Below are positions 45,815 to 54,643 of a DNA stretch of 54,748 bases, piece after piece. The notes under the pieces were generated by a model that ran no database searches, was not told where the DNA came from, and saw only the letters and a list, made by a program, of their open reading frames with translations. The DNA is from Hadesarchaea archaeon (GTDB lineage: Archaea; Hadarchaeota; Hadarchaeia; Hadarchaeales; WYZ-LMO6): contig JAPDJF010000042.1 in NCBI GenBank assembly GCA_029259185.1, forward strand, positions 1 through 54,748, given 5' to 3'. The position numbers and the translations under genes were made by a program. Position 1 is the stretch's first letter; each line of letters opens with the position of its first letter.

Positions 45815-46753
45815 TCAGGGTGGAACCGAACTCCTAGCACATGTCAGGATGAGCACTCCCACCATGAGCGCGAGTGTACCCATCACCCCATACGCGTAGG
45901 CCCTTCTGGACAATCCCTTGAACTCCCCGTAGTAGAAAATCCCCCAAAACATCGCCGTGATCGTGCTCAGCAATCCGATAGGGAAGGCGGTCGCCACGCC
46001 TAAGGTGGGGGCGGATGCAAAGTTCAATAGGTTTCCACCCATCCAGAGCATCCCAGCACATATCCCCAAAAAGTGCTCGTGCTTTCCCCCGCCGATCCAC
46101 CTCCTGAACCTCTTGGGATCCGATCCCGAATAGAAAAAATAGAGGAATGTGGCTCCCGTGGCCGCGAGCGCGCAATAGGTGGTGGGGCTCAGGCCCAGCC
46201 TTAGGGACGCTGCTATGCATCCCCCACCGAAGGTGCCGAAGCACAGGGCAGCGACCACCGCGTGGAGAGTTCCTCTTCTCGTTTTCCCACTTCTCGAGGA
46301 TTCAAGCGATCTCGAAGCCATAAAAGCACCGAGGGTCATCACAGCCACACCCGACCCTGCCAGCAGCCATACCCACTCCCCCGCCCCCGCGGTTCGCATC
46401 TCCCCGAATGCTCCGACCCCCCAGAAGAAAGCGACTATCCCACAGAGGTTTATTATCGGATAACTGCGTGCGAGACCGAGTTCCCGCACGGCTACAAGAC
46501 TTCCGTAGTTTCCCACTCCCCACGTTATTCCCCCTATCAACGCAACGAGCGTCCCGAGTCCCCAGTTTGGAATTTCCTTCTCCACAACGAGTGAAACGAA
46601 CCAAGCCAAGCAAAGGGCACCTATCAGGAGACTGTTGGAGAACTCGATTTCCCCGAACTTTTTGACGTGCTTGATGAAATTACAGTAGGTTCCCCACATC
46701 ACCGCTGAGCCCAAGCACAGGACGATCGCCACGGAAAACGAAAGTTCAGTCAT
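45815..46753 (-). CDS. DMT superfamily GRP/RhaT-like sugar transporter
   Basis: About 10 hydrophobic segments in a duplicated unit; WGVGN, LGLARSYP and WGIFYYGEF. Confidence 0.75.
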   Translation of the reverse strand: MTELSFSVAIVLCLGSAVMWGTYCNFIKHVKKFGEIEFSNSLLIGALCLAWFVSLVVEKEIPNWGLGTLVALIGGITWGVGNYGSLVAVRELGLARSYPIINLCGIVAFFWGVGAFGEMRTAGAGEWVWLLAGSGVAVMTLGAFMASRSLESSRSGKTRRGTLHAVVAALCFGTFGGGCIAASLRLGLSPTTYCALAATGATFLYFFYSGSDPKRFRRWIGGGKHEHFLGICAGMLWMGGNLLNFASAPTLGVATAFPIGLLSTITAMFWGIFYYGEFKGLSRRAYAYGVMGTLALMVGVLILTCARSSVPP

Positions 46754-46802
46754 AAAGCAGTTTCATCCTCTCTAACCAAAAGAGTTGGATGGATGTACCG
46801 GT

Positions 46803-47495
46803 TCACAATTTGTGAACTTTCATAGGTTTGGGGAGGAGTACCGTAACTTCTGGCAGTTCACTTCTGACTCTTCGTTTGAACTCTGATGCTTCATCTTCCG
46901 TACAGTGGATTGGCACCACCCTTTTACATTGCGTAGCTTTCACCATGTTCAGGGCATCGTCCACCGAAGCCGTTGGGGATGGGGTTCCGACCGGGACGAA
47001 CGCAACGTCTGCGTAGCGGTTTTCAATCGCCGGGGTATAAGAGGAGTCCGATCCATGGAATATTCTAATGTCCCCACTCTTCACCAAGAACATGAGGGGT
47101 TCATCCGCCGGGTGATTGGCTTCAAGTCCTGTGACTTCCAAACCGTCTATTTCGATGGATTCTCCTCCTTTCAAGGTCCTGAGTTTTTCCCCGCTTATCA
47201 CTCCTTCCAAGGAGGAGCGACTCCCAGGGTTGCACACTACCCACGCATCGGTGTCTCGGTGTATCTCGGCAATAGTAGGCACATCTAGATGGTCGAAATG
47301 CTCATGGGTTATCAGGATCGCGTTTATCCGCCGTCCCGCCAGGCTCTTCCCCTTGAGAAAATCCGCGGGATCAACCACGAGGCAGTGGCTCTTCGTCTTC
47401 ATGGCGAGAGCGGAAAACCCCATGAAGATGAATCCTATCTCGCCTTCCGCTATCGGGATTTCGATGAGTTCGTCTATAGCTTTTAGAACACTCAT
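46803..47495 (-). CDS. MBL-fold metallo-hydrolase
   Basis: THEHFDH, FHGSD and VPIH motifs. Confidence 0.88.
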   Translation of the reverse strand: MSVLKAIDELIEIPIAEGEIGFIFMGFSALAMKTKSHCLVVDPADFLKGKSLAGRRINAILITHEHFDHLDVPTIAEIHRDTDAWVVCNPGSRSSLEGVISGEKLRTLKGGESIEIDGLEVTGLEANHPADEPLMFLVKSGDIRIFHGSDSSYTPAIENRYADVAFVPVGTPSPTASVDDALNMVKATQCKRVVPIHCTEDEASEFKRRVRSELPEVTVLLPKPMKVHKL

Positions 47496-47569
47496 CTTTT
47501 AAGTTCGATTTCTGGTTATAAAGGGGTTCCCTTAAATCGGCTCCGGACAAGTTGGAAGGGGGAGGCGTG

Positions 47570-48436
47570 ATGTCTCCGATCACTCAAGCACAGGTCGAGA
47601 GGGCTTGTTTCGAGCTGTTGAAGAGTGCCAGTACGAGATTGCCTCCGGATGTTGAGAGGGCTCTTCGAAGGGCCTTCGAGGAAGAAACGAGTGAAACGGG
47701 TAAGATGAATCTGCAAGCTATACTGGAAAACGTGAGGCTGGCAAAAAGACAGTGCATACCCTTGTGTCAGGACACAGGAACACCGATATTTTACTTCCGG
47801 ATCGGAACGAAAGCTGATTTGAGGGCCGATCTCGAGAGGGCGGCGAGAAAGGCGGTTCGAGACGCGACGAGACTGGGTTTTTTGCGCCCGAGTATCGTTC
47901 ACCCCATTACTCGTGAAAACCCGGGAACGAATCTGGGAAGGGGAGTTCCTTGGGTAAGCTATGTGCCCCTCAGGGAGAAAGATTGGGTCGAGGTGGTCCT
48001 TTTGCTCAAGGGCTCAGGCTCGGAAAACATGAGTAGGTTTACAGTGTTGGATCCCGCTCTGGGTGTGGAGGGGGTAAAGAAATTCGTACTCGAGACGGTA
48101 ATAGCTGCGGGGGGGAAACCGTGTCCGCCGATCATCGTGGGAATTGGGATAGGTGGAACATCGGATGGTGCGATGAACTTGGCGAAGCTCGCGCTCCTGA
48201 GACCACTCGGTGAGTCCCATCCCGACGGATCCATCGCGAGGCTCGAGAGGGAACTCATGGAGGCGATAAACGAAACGGGCATAGGTCCGATGGGTTTGGG
48301 TGGCAAAGTTACGTGTATCGGGGTGAAAGTGGAGTACGCGTATACCCACACAGCGAGCCTTCCAGTGGGTGTGAATATCCAGTGCTGGGCCGCTAGGAAG
48401 GCTTCGGTCCGTCTCAGGAGTGAGGGGAGGAGGTGA
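47570..48436 (+). CDS. Fe-S fumarate hydratase / tartrate dehydratase alpha subunit
   Basis: PLCQDTG, KGSGSEN, KPCPP, GIGPMGLGG and QCWAAR motifs. Confidence 0.92.
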   Translation: MSPITQAQVERACFELLKSASTRLPPDVERALRRAFEEETSETGKMNLQAILENVRLAKRQCIPLCQDTGTPIFYFRIGTKADLRADLERAARKAVRDATRLGFLRPSIVHPITRENPGTNLGRGVPWVSYVPLREKDWVEVVLLLKGSGSENMSRFTVLDPALGVEGVKKFVLETVIAAGGKPCPPIIVGIGIGGTSDGAMNLAKLALLRPLGESHPDGSIARLERELMEAINETGIGPMGLGGKVTCIGVKVEYAYTHTASLPVGVNIQCWAARKASVRLRSEGRR

Positions 48437-48440
48437 GACA

Positions 48441-49022
48441 TTGGGAGAATTTACGCTCTCCCTACCGATATCGGGAAAGGATGTGCGGAAGCTCAAGGTT
48501 GGCGATGTCGTGTACCTAACCGGAGTGCTCGTGACCGCGAGGGATCGTGCCCACCACCGGATCCTGAGATTTCTCTCGGAGGGAAAGAAGCTACCGGTCA
48601 GGATGGAGGAAGGGGTGATTTACCATTGTGGTCCTCTCGCTAGGAAAGAGGGCAGCGGGTGGAAGATCGTTTCAGCCGGTCCAACCACGAGCGAGAGGGT
48701 CGATGCCTTCCTCCCTCAGATCATAAGGGCTCTCAGAGTTAGAGCAGTCGTTGGGAAGGGTGGGGTGAGGAGAAAGACGGCCGAAGCCATGAGGGAGATG
48801 AGATGTGTGTACTTAGCTTTCCCGGGAGGATGTGGCGCACTGGCGGCCCAAAGGGTGAAGGGGGTAAAGAGAATATACTGGAGTGACCTGGGTTTGCCAG
48901 AGGCCCTCTGGGTTTTGGAGGTTGAGGACTTTGGCCCCCTCTTCGTTGGAATAGATACAAAGGGAAAAAACCGTTACGAAGAAGTCAAGCGGGAAGCGGT
49001 GAGGAGGCTTAGGTCCCGGTGA
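48441..49022 (+). CDS. Fe-S fumarate hydratase / tartrate dehydratase beta subunit
   Basis: TARDRAH, YHCGP, GPTTS and GKGG motifs. Confidence 0.92.
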   Translation: MGEFTLSLPISGKDVRKLKVGDVVYLTGVLVTARDRAHHRILRFLSEGKKLPVRMEEGVIYHCGPLARKEGSGWKIVSAGPTTSERVDAFLPQIIRALRVRAVVGKGGVRRKTAEAMREMRCVYLAFPGGCGALAAQRVKGVKRIYWSDLGLPEALWVLEVEDFGPLFVGIDTKGKNRYEEVKREAVRRLRSR

Positions 49023-49033
49023 GGTGATCACGG

Positions 49034-49789
49034 ATGGTCAAAGGATACGTAGGGGAGATCTTCAATTCCATCCAGGGAGAGGGGATCCTCGTTGGGAGGA
49101 GACAGATTTTCATCAGATTTGCGGGGTGCTCTCTCAGGTGTTTCTACTGCGACAGCAAGGAGTACAGGAACTTCAAGCCCTCCTCGTGTAAAGTTGAGAG
49201 ATCTCCTGGGGGGGAGGTCAGCTTCGTTTCAAATCCCATCTCCCACGAGGAGGTTTTAGAGCATGTCGAGAGGCTTAGAACTCCAGATCTACACAGCGTT
49301 TCACTAACTGGGGGAGAACCATTGGAGTCTAGAGGGTTTCTGGTGGAGGTGGCGGCGGCTTGTAAGAATGCAGGTCTTAGAATATATCTTGAGACGAATG
49401 GGGGGAGCTGCATGTGGATGCGCAGGGTATTGCCCTATCTGGATTTCGTTTCCTTGGATATCAAGTTGCCAGATCATCGTGCGGTTCCAAGACACGAGTG
49501 GCCGAAGCTCTTCGGAGAAGAAATAGAGTGTGCGAGGATAGCATCGTCTGGGGGGGTGGAGGTTTTCGTGAAGGTGGTGGTGACGAGGGCATCAAGCTTG
49601 CCCGATTTCGAAAGAGTTTGTGACGTGGTGGCCGAGCTCGATCTCCCCCTCGTGCTCCAGCCCGTTGACTCGAGAAAAAAAAGCCCGCTCTGGAGAAAGA
49701 TCTTCACATTCTCCGGTAAAGCTGCCGAGCGAGGGGTAAAGGAGATAGCGATTATACCTCAGGTACATAAGTTGGTGGGGATGAAGTGA
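49034..49789 (+). CDS. queE: 7-carboxy-7-deazaguanine synthase
   Basis: EIFNSIQGEG, RFAGCSLRCFYCD, TGGEP, ETNG and PQVHK motifs. Confidence 0.93.
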   Translation: MVKGYVGEIFNSIQGEGILVGRRQIFIRFAGCSLRCFYCDSKEYRNFKPSSCKVERSPGGEVSFVSNPISHEEVLEHVERLRTPDLHSVSLTGGEPLESRGFLVEVAAACKNAGLRIYLETNGGSCMWMRRVLPYLDFVSLDIKLPDHRAVPRHEWPKLFGEEIECARIASSGGVEVFVKVVVTRASSLPDFERVCDVVAELDLPLVLQPVDSRKKSPLWRKIFTFSGKAAERGVKEIAIIPQVHKLVGMK

Positions 49790-50244
49790 AAATAGAACTT
49801 AAAGAGAAGTGTTTTTCAGCGGTTCACTTCATAGTGGAGCACAAGAAATGTGAGCGTTTGCACGGCCACAACTGGTGTGTTAGGGTCGTAGTCGAAGGAG
49901 AGCTCGACGAGAGGGGGATGGTGGTAGACTTCATCGAGCTGAGGCAGATCTTGGAGGAGATATGTATGAAGTACGACCATCGGGTTCTGCTACCTGAGAA
50001 CAGTCCAGTAGTGAAGTGCTCGGTGAAGGGGAGGAGCGTGCGCGTGAGGGCAGGGGGGAGGGAATTCGAGTTTCCACGCAGTGATGTCGTTTGGCTTCCC
50101 GTCGTTAATGTGACGGTGGAGGAGCTGGCCAGGCTGATAGCGGGAGAACTCGCTGTGAAGTTACGTCATCCGAACCTGAGGAAGCTCGTGGTTTTTGTCT
50201 CCGAGGCCCCTGGACAAAGCGCAGTGTTTGAGCACGAGTTCTAG
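49786..50244 (+). CDS. queD: 6-carboxytetrahydropterin synthase
   Basis: CERLHGHNW, MVVDF and NVTVEELA motifs; adjacent to queE. Confidence 0.92.
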   Translation: MKIELKEKCFSAVHFIVEHKKCERLHGHNWCVRVVVEGELDERGMVVDFIELRQILEEICMKYDHRVLLPENSPVVKCSVKGRSVRVRAGGREFEFPRSDVVWLPVVNVTVEELARLIAGELAVKLRHPNLRKLVVFVSEAPGQSAVFEHEF

Positions 50245-50309
50245 AAGTAGCCTATTCCGGGTGCCTCTTGGCATCAATAAATCTAAATTCGTTCCAGAGG
50301 AAACTTTTC

Positions 50310-50424
50310 GGGGTCGTAGGGTAGCTTGGTCTATCCTTCTGGCTTAAGATCTTCAGATCTGCCGAATGGGACGGGCCAAGCGAAAAAGCCAGAGACCTGG
50401 GTTCAAATCCCGGCGACCCCACCA
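50310..50424 (+). tRNA. tRNA-Pro(TGG) with two introns (50346-50366 at 33/34; 50371-50386 at 37/38), CCA encoded
   Basis: GGGGTCG/CGACCCC acceptor; body matches the tRNA-Pro at 43372; CTGGC-TT[..]TGGG[..]A-GCCAG; BHB motifs at both inserts. Confidence 0.9.
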
Positions 50425-50461
50425 CTCGATTTTAATCCTCCTCGCCTACCTAGGAAATGAT

Positions 50462-50815
50462 ATGACCGCGCTCGTGTTGCTGGTTTTGGGTTTGGGTGCA
50501 GGAGTGCTGAGTGGAATGTTAGGAATAGGAGGTGGATCTGTGCTAGTTCCGGTGTTGGTCGCTTTGGGTTATAAGGCCCATGTGAGCATCGGAACTTCGC
50601 TGGCCGTGATAATCCCGGTAACCCTAGTGGGGACACTGGTGTACCATGCGCATGGAAATGTGGACTTTGAAGTCTTCGCCATGGTGGTGTCTGGGGCGAT
50701 CGTGGGTGCGTTGGTGGGGGCAGAACTCGCTCAGAGCATTCCCTCCGCCGTGCTCGTTCGTGTCTTCGGTGTGGCTCTGACGCTCATTGGTCTAAAGATG
50801 GCGCTCTTCGGGTAG
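50462..50815 (+). CDS. TauE/SafE (TSUP) family membrane protein, half-length
   Basis: GMLGIGGG..LVP and SIGTSL motifs; four hydrophobic segments. Confidence 0.85.
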   Translation: MTALVLLVLGLGAGVLSGMLGIGGGSVLVPVLVALGYKAHVSIGTSLAVIIPVTLVGTLVYHAHGNVDFEVFAMVVSGAIVGALVGAELAQSIPSAVLVRVFGVALTLIGLKMALFG

Positions 50816-51028
50816 GCCTAAGGGTAATCGGGTTTTGGCTCGTTCACCCAAGAACCCTCGGCGAGATGTTCTAGTTTAGTTTCACCACCGGGTCCCCCGA
50901 CGGAAGCGAGAGCTAGGAAGAGAGGTTTTTGGCTAGAACGGTTCGAGTCCATGTGAATCCTCGGATCCTTTATGACTTCTTCGGCGGGGTCGAATCCGGT
51001 GGGATGGGAAAACCTGTGAAATCCGAAT

Positions 51029-51334
51029 TTATGATCTTTTCCCAAGTGATTCACGTTTTGCAGGTTTCGTGCGGAGTTTTCTCAGCTCCGCGTCGATCGT
51101 TTTCGCTATTTCTACCGATCCGACAAGCACACATGGTACCCCCCTCAAACGGGCAAGATCCGCGACTTTTTGCTCTTGAGTAACCAGCACGAATCCATTG
51201 TTTTTCGCGCACTCAACGACTTCTTCATCTTCGGCTCCCTTCAGCCCGATTTCATCTACGGTGTGGATTTCCCAACCGAGGGCCTTCAGGAAAGGTTTAA
51301 GCCCGGTATACATCTCGTCTAGGAGGATCTTCAT
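51029..51334 (-). CDS. DUF5615/Mut7-C-like PIN-domain protein
   Basis: MKILLDEM, GAEDEEVV and VLVT motifs. Confidence 0.8.
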   Translation of the reverse strand: MKILLDEMYTGLKPFLKALGWEIHTVDEIGLKGAEDEEVVECAKNNGFVLVTQEQKVADLARLRGVPCVLVGSVEIAKTIDAELRKLRTKPAKRESLGKRS

Positions 51335-51423
51335 CCGCCCCCTTTACACTTCTGGTGTGGATGTTATAGTTTTTTGGAAGGTAACGATGGGGTGATGTAG
51401 CTGCTACCTAAAACAATACTGCA

Positions 51424-52026
51424 ATGCGCGAGGAAAAACTGTACTCAACCGGCAAAGCCGTCAGACTGCTGGGTATTCATTTCAACACGATGAAGAAGTG
51501 GATCTACGCTTGTAAGGTCGATGCGATAAAGACACTCGGAGGGCAATACCGCATCCCCGAAAGCGAGATCAAGCGTTTGCTCGGCCAGCCGGCGCCGAAA
51601 AATCAGGCGATAATCTATGCGAGGGTATCGTCCGCAGACCGGAAAGACGATCTGAAGCGCCAGCGGGAAATGCTTCGGGAGTACGCAAAAGAAAGAGGGT
51701 ACAAAGTGGTCGCGGTCTTCGAGGACGTGGCGAGCGGGCTGGAGGACGATAGGCAGGGGCTGAAAAAAGTGTTTGATGTGCTTCGAGCGGGCGGAGCGGA
51801 TGTTGTACTCGTGGCTTGGAAGGATCGCCTTACGCGGTTCGGTTTCGGTTATCTGAAAAATCACGCCGAGGAACTCGGCGCTAGGGTGGAGGTCGTGAAC
51901 GAACGGGAGGAACACACACCCCATGAGGAGCTGGTTGAGGATCTTCTAGCTATCGTCACCAGCTTCGCAAGTAAACTCTACGGTATGCGCTCGAACAAAA
52001 CAAAAAAAAGTGGTGGAGAGCGTTAA
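51424..52026 (+). CDS. tnpA: IS607 TnpA serine recombinase
   Basis: MerR-type HTH; IYARVSS, DVASG, KDRLTRFGF and ELVEDLLAIVTSF motifs. An A8 run near the end may shift the last codons. Confidence 0.92.
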   Translation: MREEKLYSTGKAVRLLGIHFNTMKKWIYACKVDAIKTLGGQYRIPESEIKRLLGQPAPKNQAIIYARVSSADRKDDLKRQREMLREYAKERGYKVVAVFEDVASGLEDDRQGLKKVFDVLRAGGADVVLVAWKDRLTRFGFGYLKNHAEELGARVEVVNEREEHTPHEELVEDLLAIVTSFASKLYGMRSNKTKKSGGER

Positions 52027-52028
52027 AC

Positions 52029-52379
52029 GTGCGATCCGTTAGTTCGGCCCGATTTGTTACCCCGCCCTTGACACGGCGGAAACAAGAGGTGCTAAAACAA
52101 TTGCTCGACCGGTTCGCGGCCTCGGTGAACTTTTGCATTTGGAAGTGCCTTGAGCACAAGGTCACCTCTCGCGCCTCGCTGCACCGCGTTGCCTACGAGG
52201 AGTGGAAGTCGAAGTTCAACCTGGCGACTCACTGGTTCCACTCGGCCGGGCAGGCCGCCACACAGATGCTCCGCTCTTGGCGAAAGCTCTGCCGCCAGGG
52301 CCAGGCCGATCCGAACCCGCTGGCAGAGGCGCAAAAAATCCCGTGTCAGACTGGTGTACAGTTTGATACGGAATTTTAG
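52029..52379 (+). pseudogene. tnpB: IS607 TnpB N-terminal fragment
   Basis: VNFCI..KVTS..LH..Y..RSWRK aligns with the N-terminus of the 15820-17051 TnpB; no RuvC motifs. Confidence 0.8.
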
Positions 52380-52451
52380 GACGGTCCAGCTTTGAAACTC
52401 GGGGCAGCGAAAAATCTTCAAGGTTTTATTCAGGATCCGTTGGGGGTGAAG

Positions 52452-52883
52452 ATGAACACCAGAAAGGTCCCAGGCTGGGAGAACGCACCAGTCCCGATAT
52501 GTAAGGGGGGCGATCCGAGAGCACTCACTTTCTGCTGCAAGCCAGGATATACACTCACCTTCTCCGATGTGTGTAGGAGAGATGCGGTCTTGAAGGAGCT
52601 CGGTGTGGCCCCATCTGAGTTCGTGAGGATAAAGGATGAGTTCTCTAAACGCAACGGTTGGGACGACCCGAGGGTTTGTTTTGGCTCTCTCTCCTATTGT
52701 TGTATGAGGCGGAGCGGATGCCCGTTCAGGGACGAAGTACTTCTGGAGATATATCCCGGAAAAAGTTATGAAGGGGCGTTGGAGAAATACTTCAAAAAGA
52801 AGAGAGAGCTGGCGGAGCTCATCCTCAGATTCGCGGAAGAAAAAAGATCTAGAAATTGCTCGCTGGCGGACGGTAATGAGTAA
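52452..52883 (+). CDS. Methanogenesis marker 9 domain protein (Cys-rich)
   Basis: WENAP..ICKGGDPRALTFCC and CFGSLSYCC...CPFRD motifs. Confidence 0.82.
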   Translation: MNTRKVPGWENAPVPICKGGDPRALTFCCKPGYTLTFSDVCRRDAVLKELGVAPSEFVRIKDEFSKRNGWDDPRVCFGSLSYCCMRRSGCPFRDEVLLEIYPGKSYEGALEKYFKKKRELAELILRFAEEKRSRNCSLADGNE

Positions 52884-52914
52884 ATAGAGTGGGGAAGAGG
52901 TTCTTGGGGGGAAT

Positions 52915-53691
52915 TTGCCTTTCGCAGACGTGAAGGGGTTAAGGATTTACTACGAGTCCGAGGGAAACGGACTTCCCCTTTGCCTCATTCACGGTGCGGC
53001 GTCAACCCACTCGATATGGAAAAATCAGATCAAAGTTTTTTCCGCAGGATACAGAGTGATAGCCCCGGACCTTCCAGGGCATGGGAGATCGGGCCCCTTC
53101 GACGATTCCTCACGTATATCAATCAGGCAGTATGCGGGTCATGTTCGAGAATTTCTGGAGACTTTAGGCGTGGAAGAAGCGGTAATGGTGGGACACTCGA
53201 TGGGTGGAGCTGTGTGCATCCAGCTCGTTCTGGACTCCCCTTGGGTGGTTCGGGGCTTGGGCTTGATAAACACCGGGGCAAAACTTAGAGTCTCCCCCCA
53301 CCTTCTCTCCGCACTCCGGGAAGACTTCCGCGGGACGATGGAGAAGGGTTGGGAGAGCATGTTTGGCGAGAAGGGAAAGAGGATACTGCATTGCCTTGAA
53401 GGATTGAAAGAGGAGATGGTGGGGATAGACCCTGTGGTCGGAGTTGCGGACTTCGAGGCTTGTGATGAGTTTGACTGTAGAGAGAGACTTGGAGAAATCG
53501 AGAAACCCACCCTAATCATTGGAGGGACCGAGGATATCCTCACTCCTCCTTGGTACCAGGACTACTTGCATAAGCGTATAAAAAACTCAGTGCTGGTGAT
53601 CATGGGAGGGGTGGGGCACCTCTCGATGGTGGAAGATCCGGAGGAATTCAACGGAGCCCTATTGAGCTTCCTGCAGCATTCAGTCCGGTGA
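52915..53691 (+). CDS. Alpha/beta hydrolase
   Basis: HGA, DLPGHGRS, GHSMGG nucleophile, D in GTED and GHL. Confidence 0.92.
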   Translation: MPFADVKGLRIYYESEGNGLPLCLIHGAASTHSIWKNQIKVFSAGYRVIAPDLPGHGRSGPFDDSSRISIRQYAGHVREFLETLGVEEAVMVGHSMGGAVCIQLVLDSPWVVRGLGLINTGAKLRVSPHLLSALREDFRGTMEKGWESMFGEKGKRILHCLEGLKEEMVGIDPVVGVADFEACDEFDCRERLGEIEKPTLIIGGTEDILTPPWYQDYLHKRIKNSVLVIMGGVGHLSMVEDPEEFNGALLSFLQHSVR

Positions 53692-53752
53692 AGCACTTGT
53701 ATCCTGCTAAGGATCGTTCCTCGGGCGATCCTCCAAAACCTCTTGAGGTGAC

Positions 53753-54643
53753 CTAGCAGGATACATGATCGCGACCGGTGTTTTGATCACCCGACGTATC
53801 TCCTCCAACGGATGACTTCATCAGGAGGTTCGATATCTCCCCCAATTTTTCGGGAGGTAATTCAACGACTCGCGCTTCCGCGAGTTCTTTTGGCAAGTGG
53901 CTCAGGATAGTTTTACGTTCTCCCTTTTGGATGGACGTGTCTGGAAATATCTCGGTGAAGGAATGGTAGAGGGCGTTTCGTACTTTTTGCTTTCGATGTT
54001 GGAAAAGGGCCCTGACTACTCTGAAGAACATCTCTTCGTTTTCGACTTCGAATGGGGGTTTTGCTCGGGGCACGATCTTCACGATGGCAGACCTGATTCG
54101 CGGTCTGGGGTAGAATGCCATGGGGGAGACCTCTTCGAGTAGCTCGATATGTGCACGGTAAAAGGCATTCACCGTTAGTCGGCTGTATTCTTCAGATCCC
54201 ACCCTCGCAAAGAGCCTCTTGGCGAACTCTAATTGATACATCATTACTCCAAGATCGAAATCGTATTTCAGGAGTCTAAACGTGATGTCAGAGGAGATCG
54301 AGTAAGGAAGATTCGAAACCACTTTGTTAAAGAATGGGAACTCCATACACAGCGCATCCGAACAGAAAATTTCTACGTTGTTGAATCTCCGCAAGTTCTC
54401 CCTCAGGAGTTCTACCATCTTCGGATCTCTCTCCACAGCGATCACTCGCTTCGCCCTCCGGGCGAGCAAGCGCGTGAGTCCTCCGAGCCCCGCACCTATT
54501 TCCAATACTACATCTCTCTTCGAGACCTCTCCGTACTCCACCATCCTTTGAAGGATTCGTTCGTCAACCAGTAGGTGCTGTCCATATCTCTTTCCGAGCT
54601 TGATCCCCCGCTCCCTTAGGAAGGCGATCTTCCCGCAGTTCAT
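53753..54643 (-). CDS. rsmA: 16S rRNA m6,2A dimethyltransferase RsmA/KsgA (Dim1)
   Basis: GQHLL, LEIGAGLG, SNLPYSIS and YSRLTV motifs. The apparent start lies inside the repeat element. Confidence 0.93.
   Translation of the reverse strand: MNCGKIAFLRERGIKLGKRYGQHLLVDERILQRMVEYGEVSKRDVVLEIGAGLGGLTRLLARRAKRVIAVERDPKMVELLRENLRRFNNVEIFCSDALCMEFPFFNKVVSNLPYSISSDITFRLLKYDFDLGVMMYQLEFAKRLFARVGSEEYSRLTVNAFYRAHIELLEEVSPMAFYPRPRIRSAIVKIVPRAKPPFEVENEEMFFRVVRALFQHRKQKVRNALYHSFTEIFPDTSIQKGERKTILSHLPKELAEARVVELPPEKLGEISNLLMKSSVGGDTSGDQNTGRDHVSC

Larger units (their letters stand above)
51391..52384 (+). mobile_element. IS607-family element with tnpA and internally deleted tnpB
   Basis: GG|TGATGTAGC start and ...GTACAGTTTGATACGGAATTTTAGGACGG end (both inferred); tnpA followed by tnpB 5' part. 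Confidence 0.78.

Noticed and set aside
50339-50350. tRNA with anticodon AAG (Leu)
   Set aside because: AAG is the start of intron 1; the tRNA body is Pro-type and splicing yields TGG.
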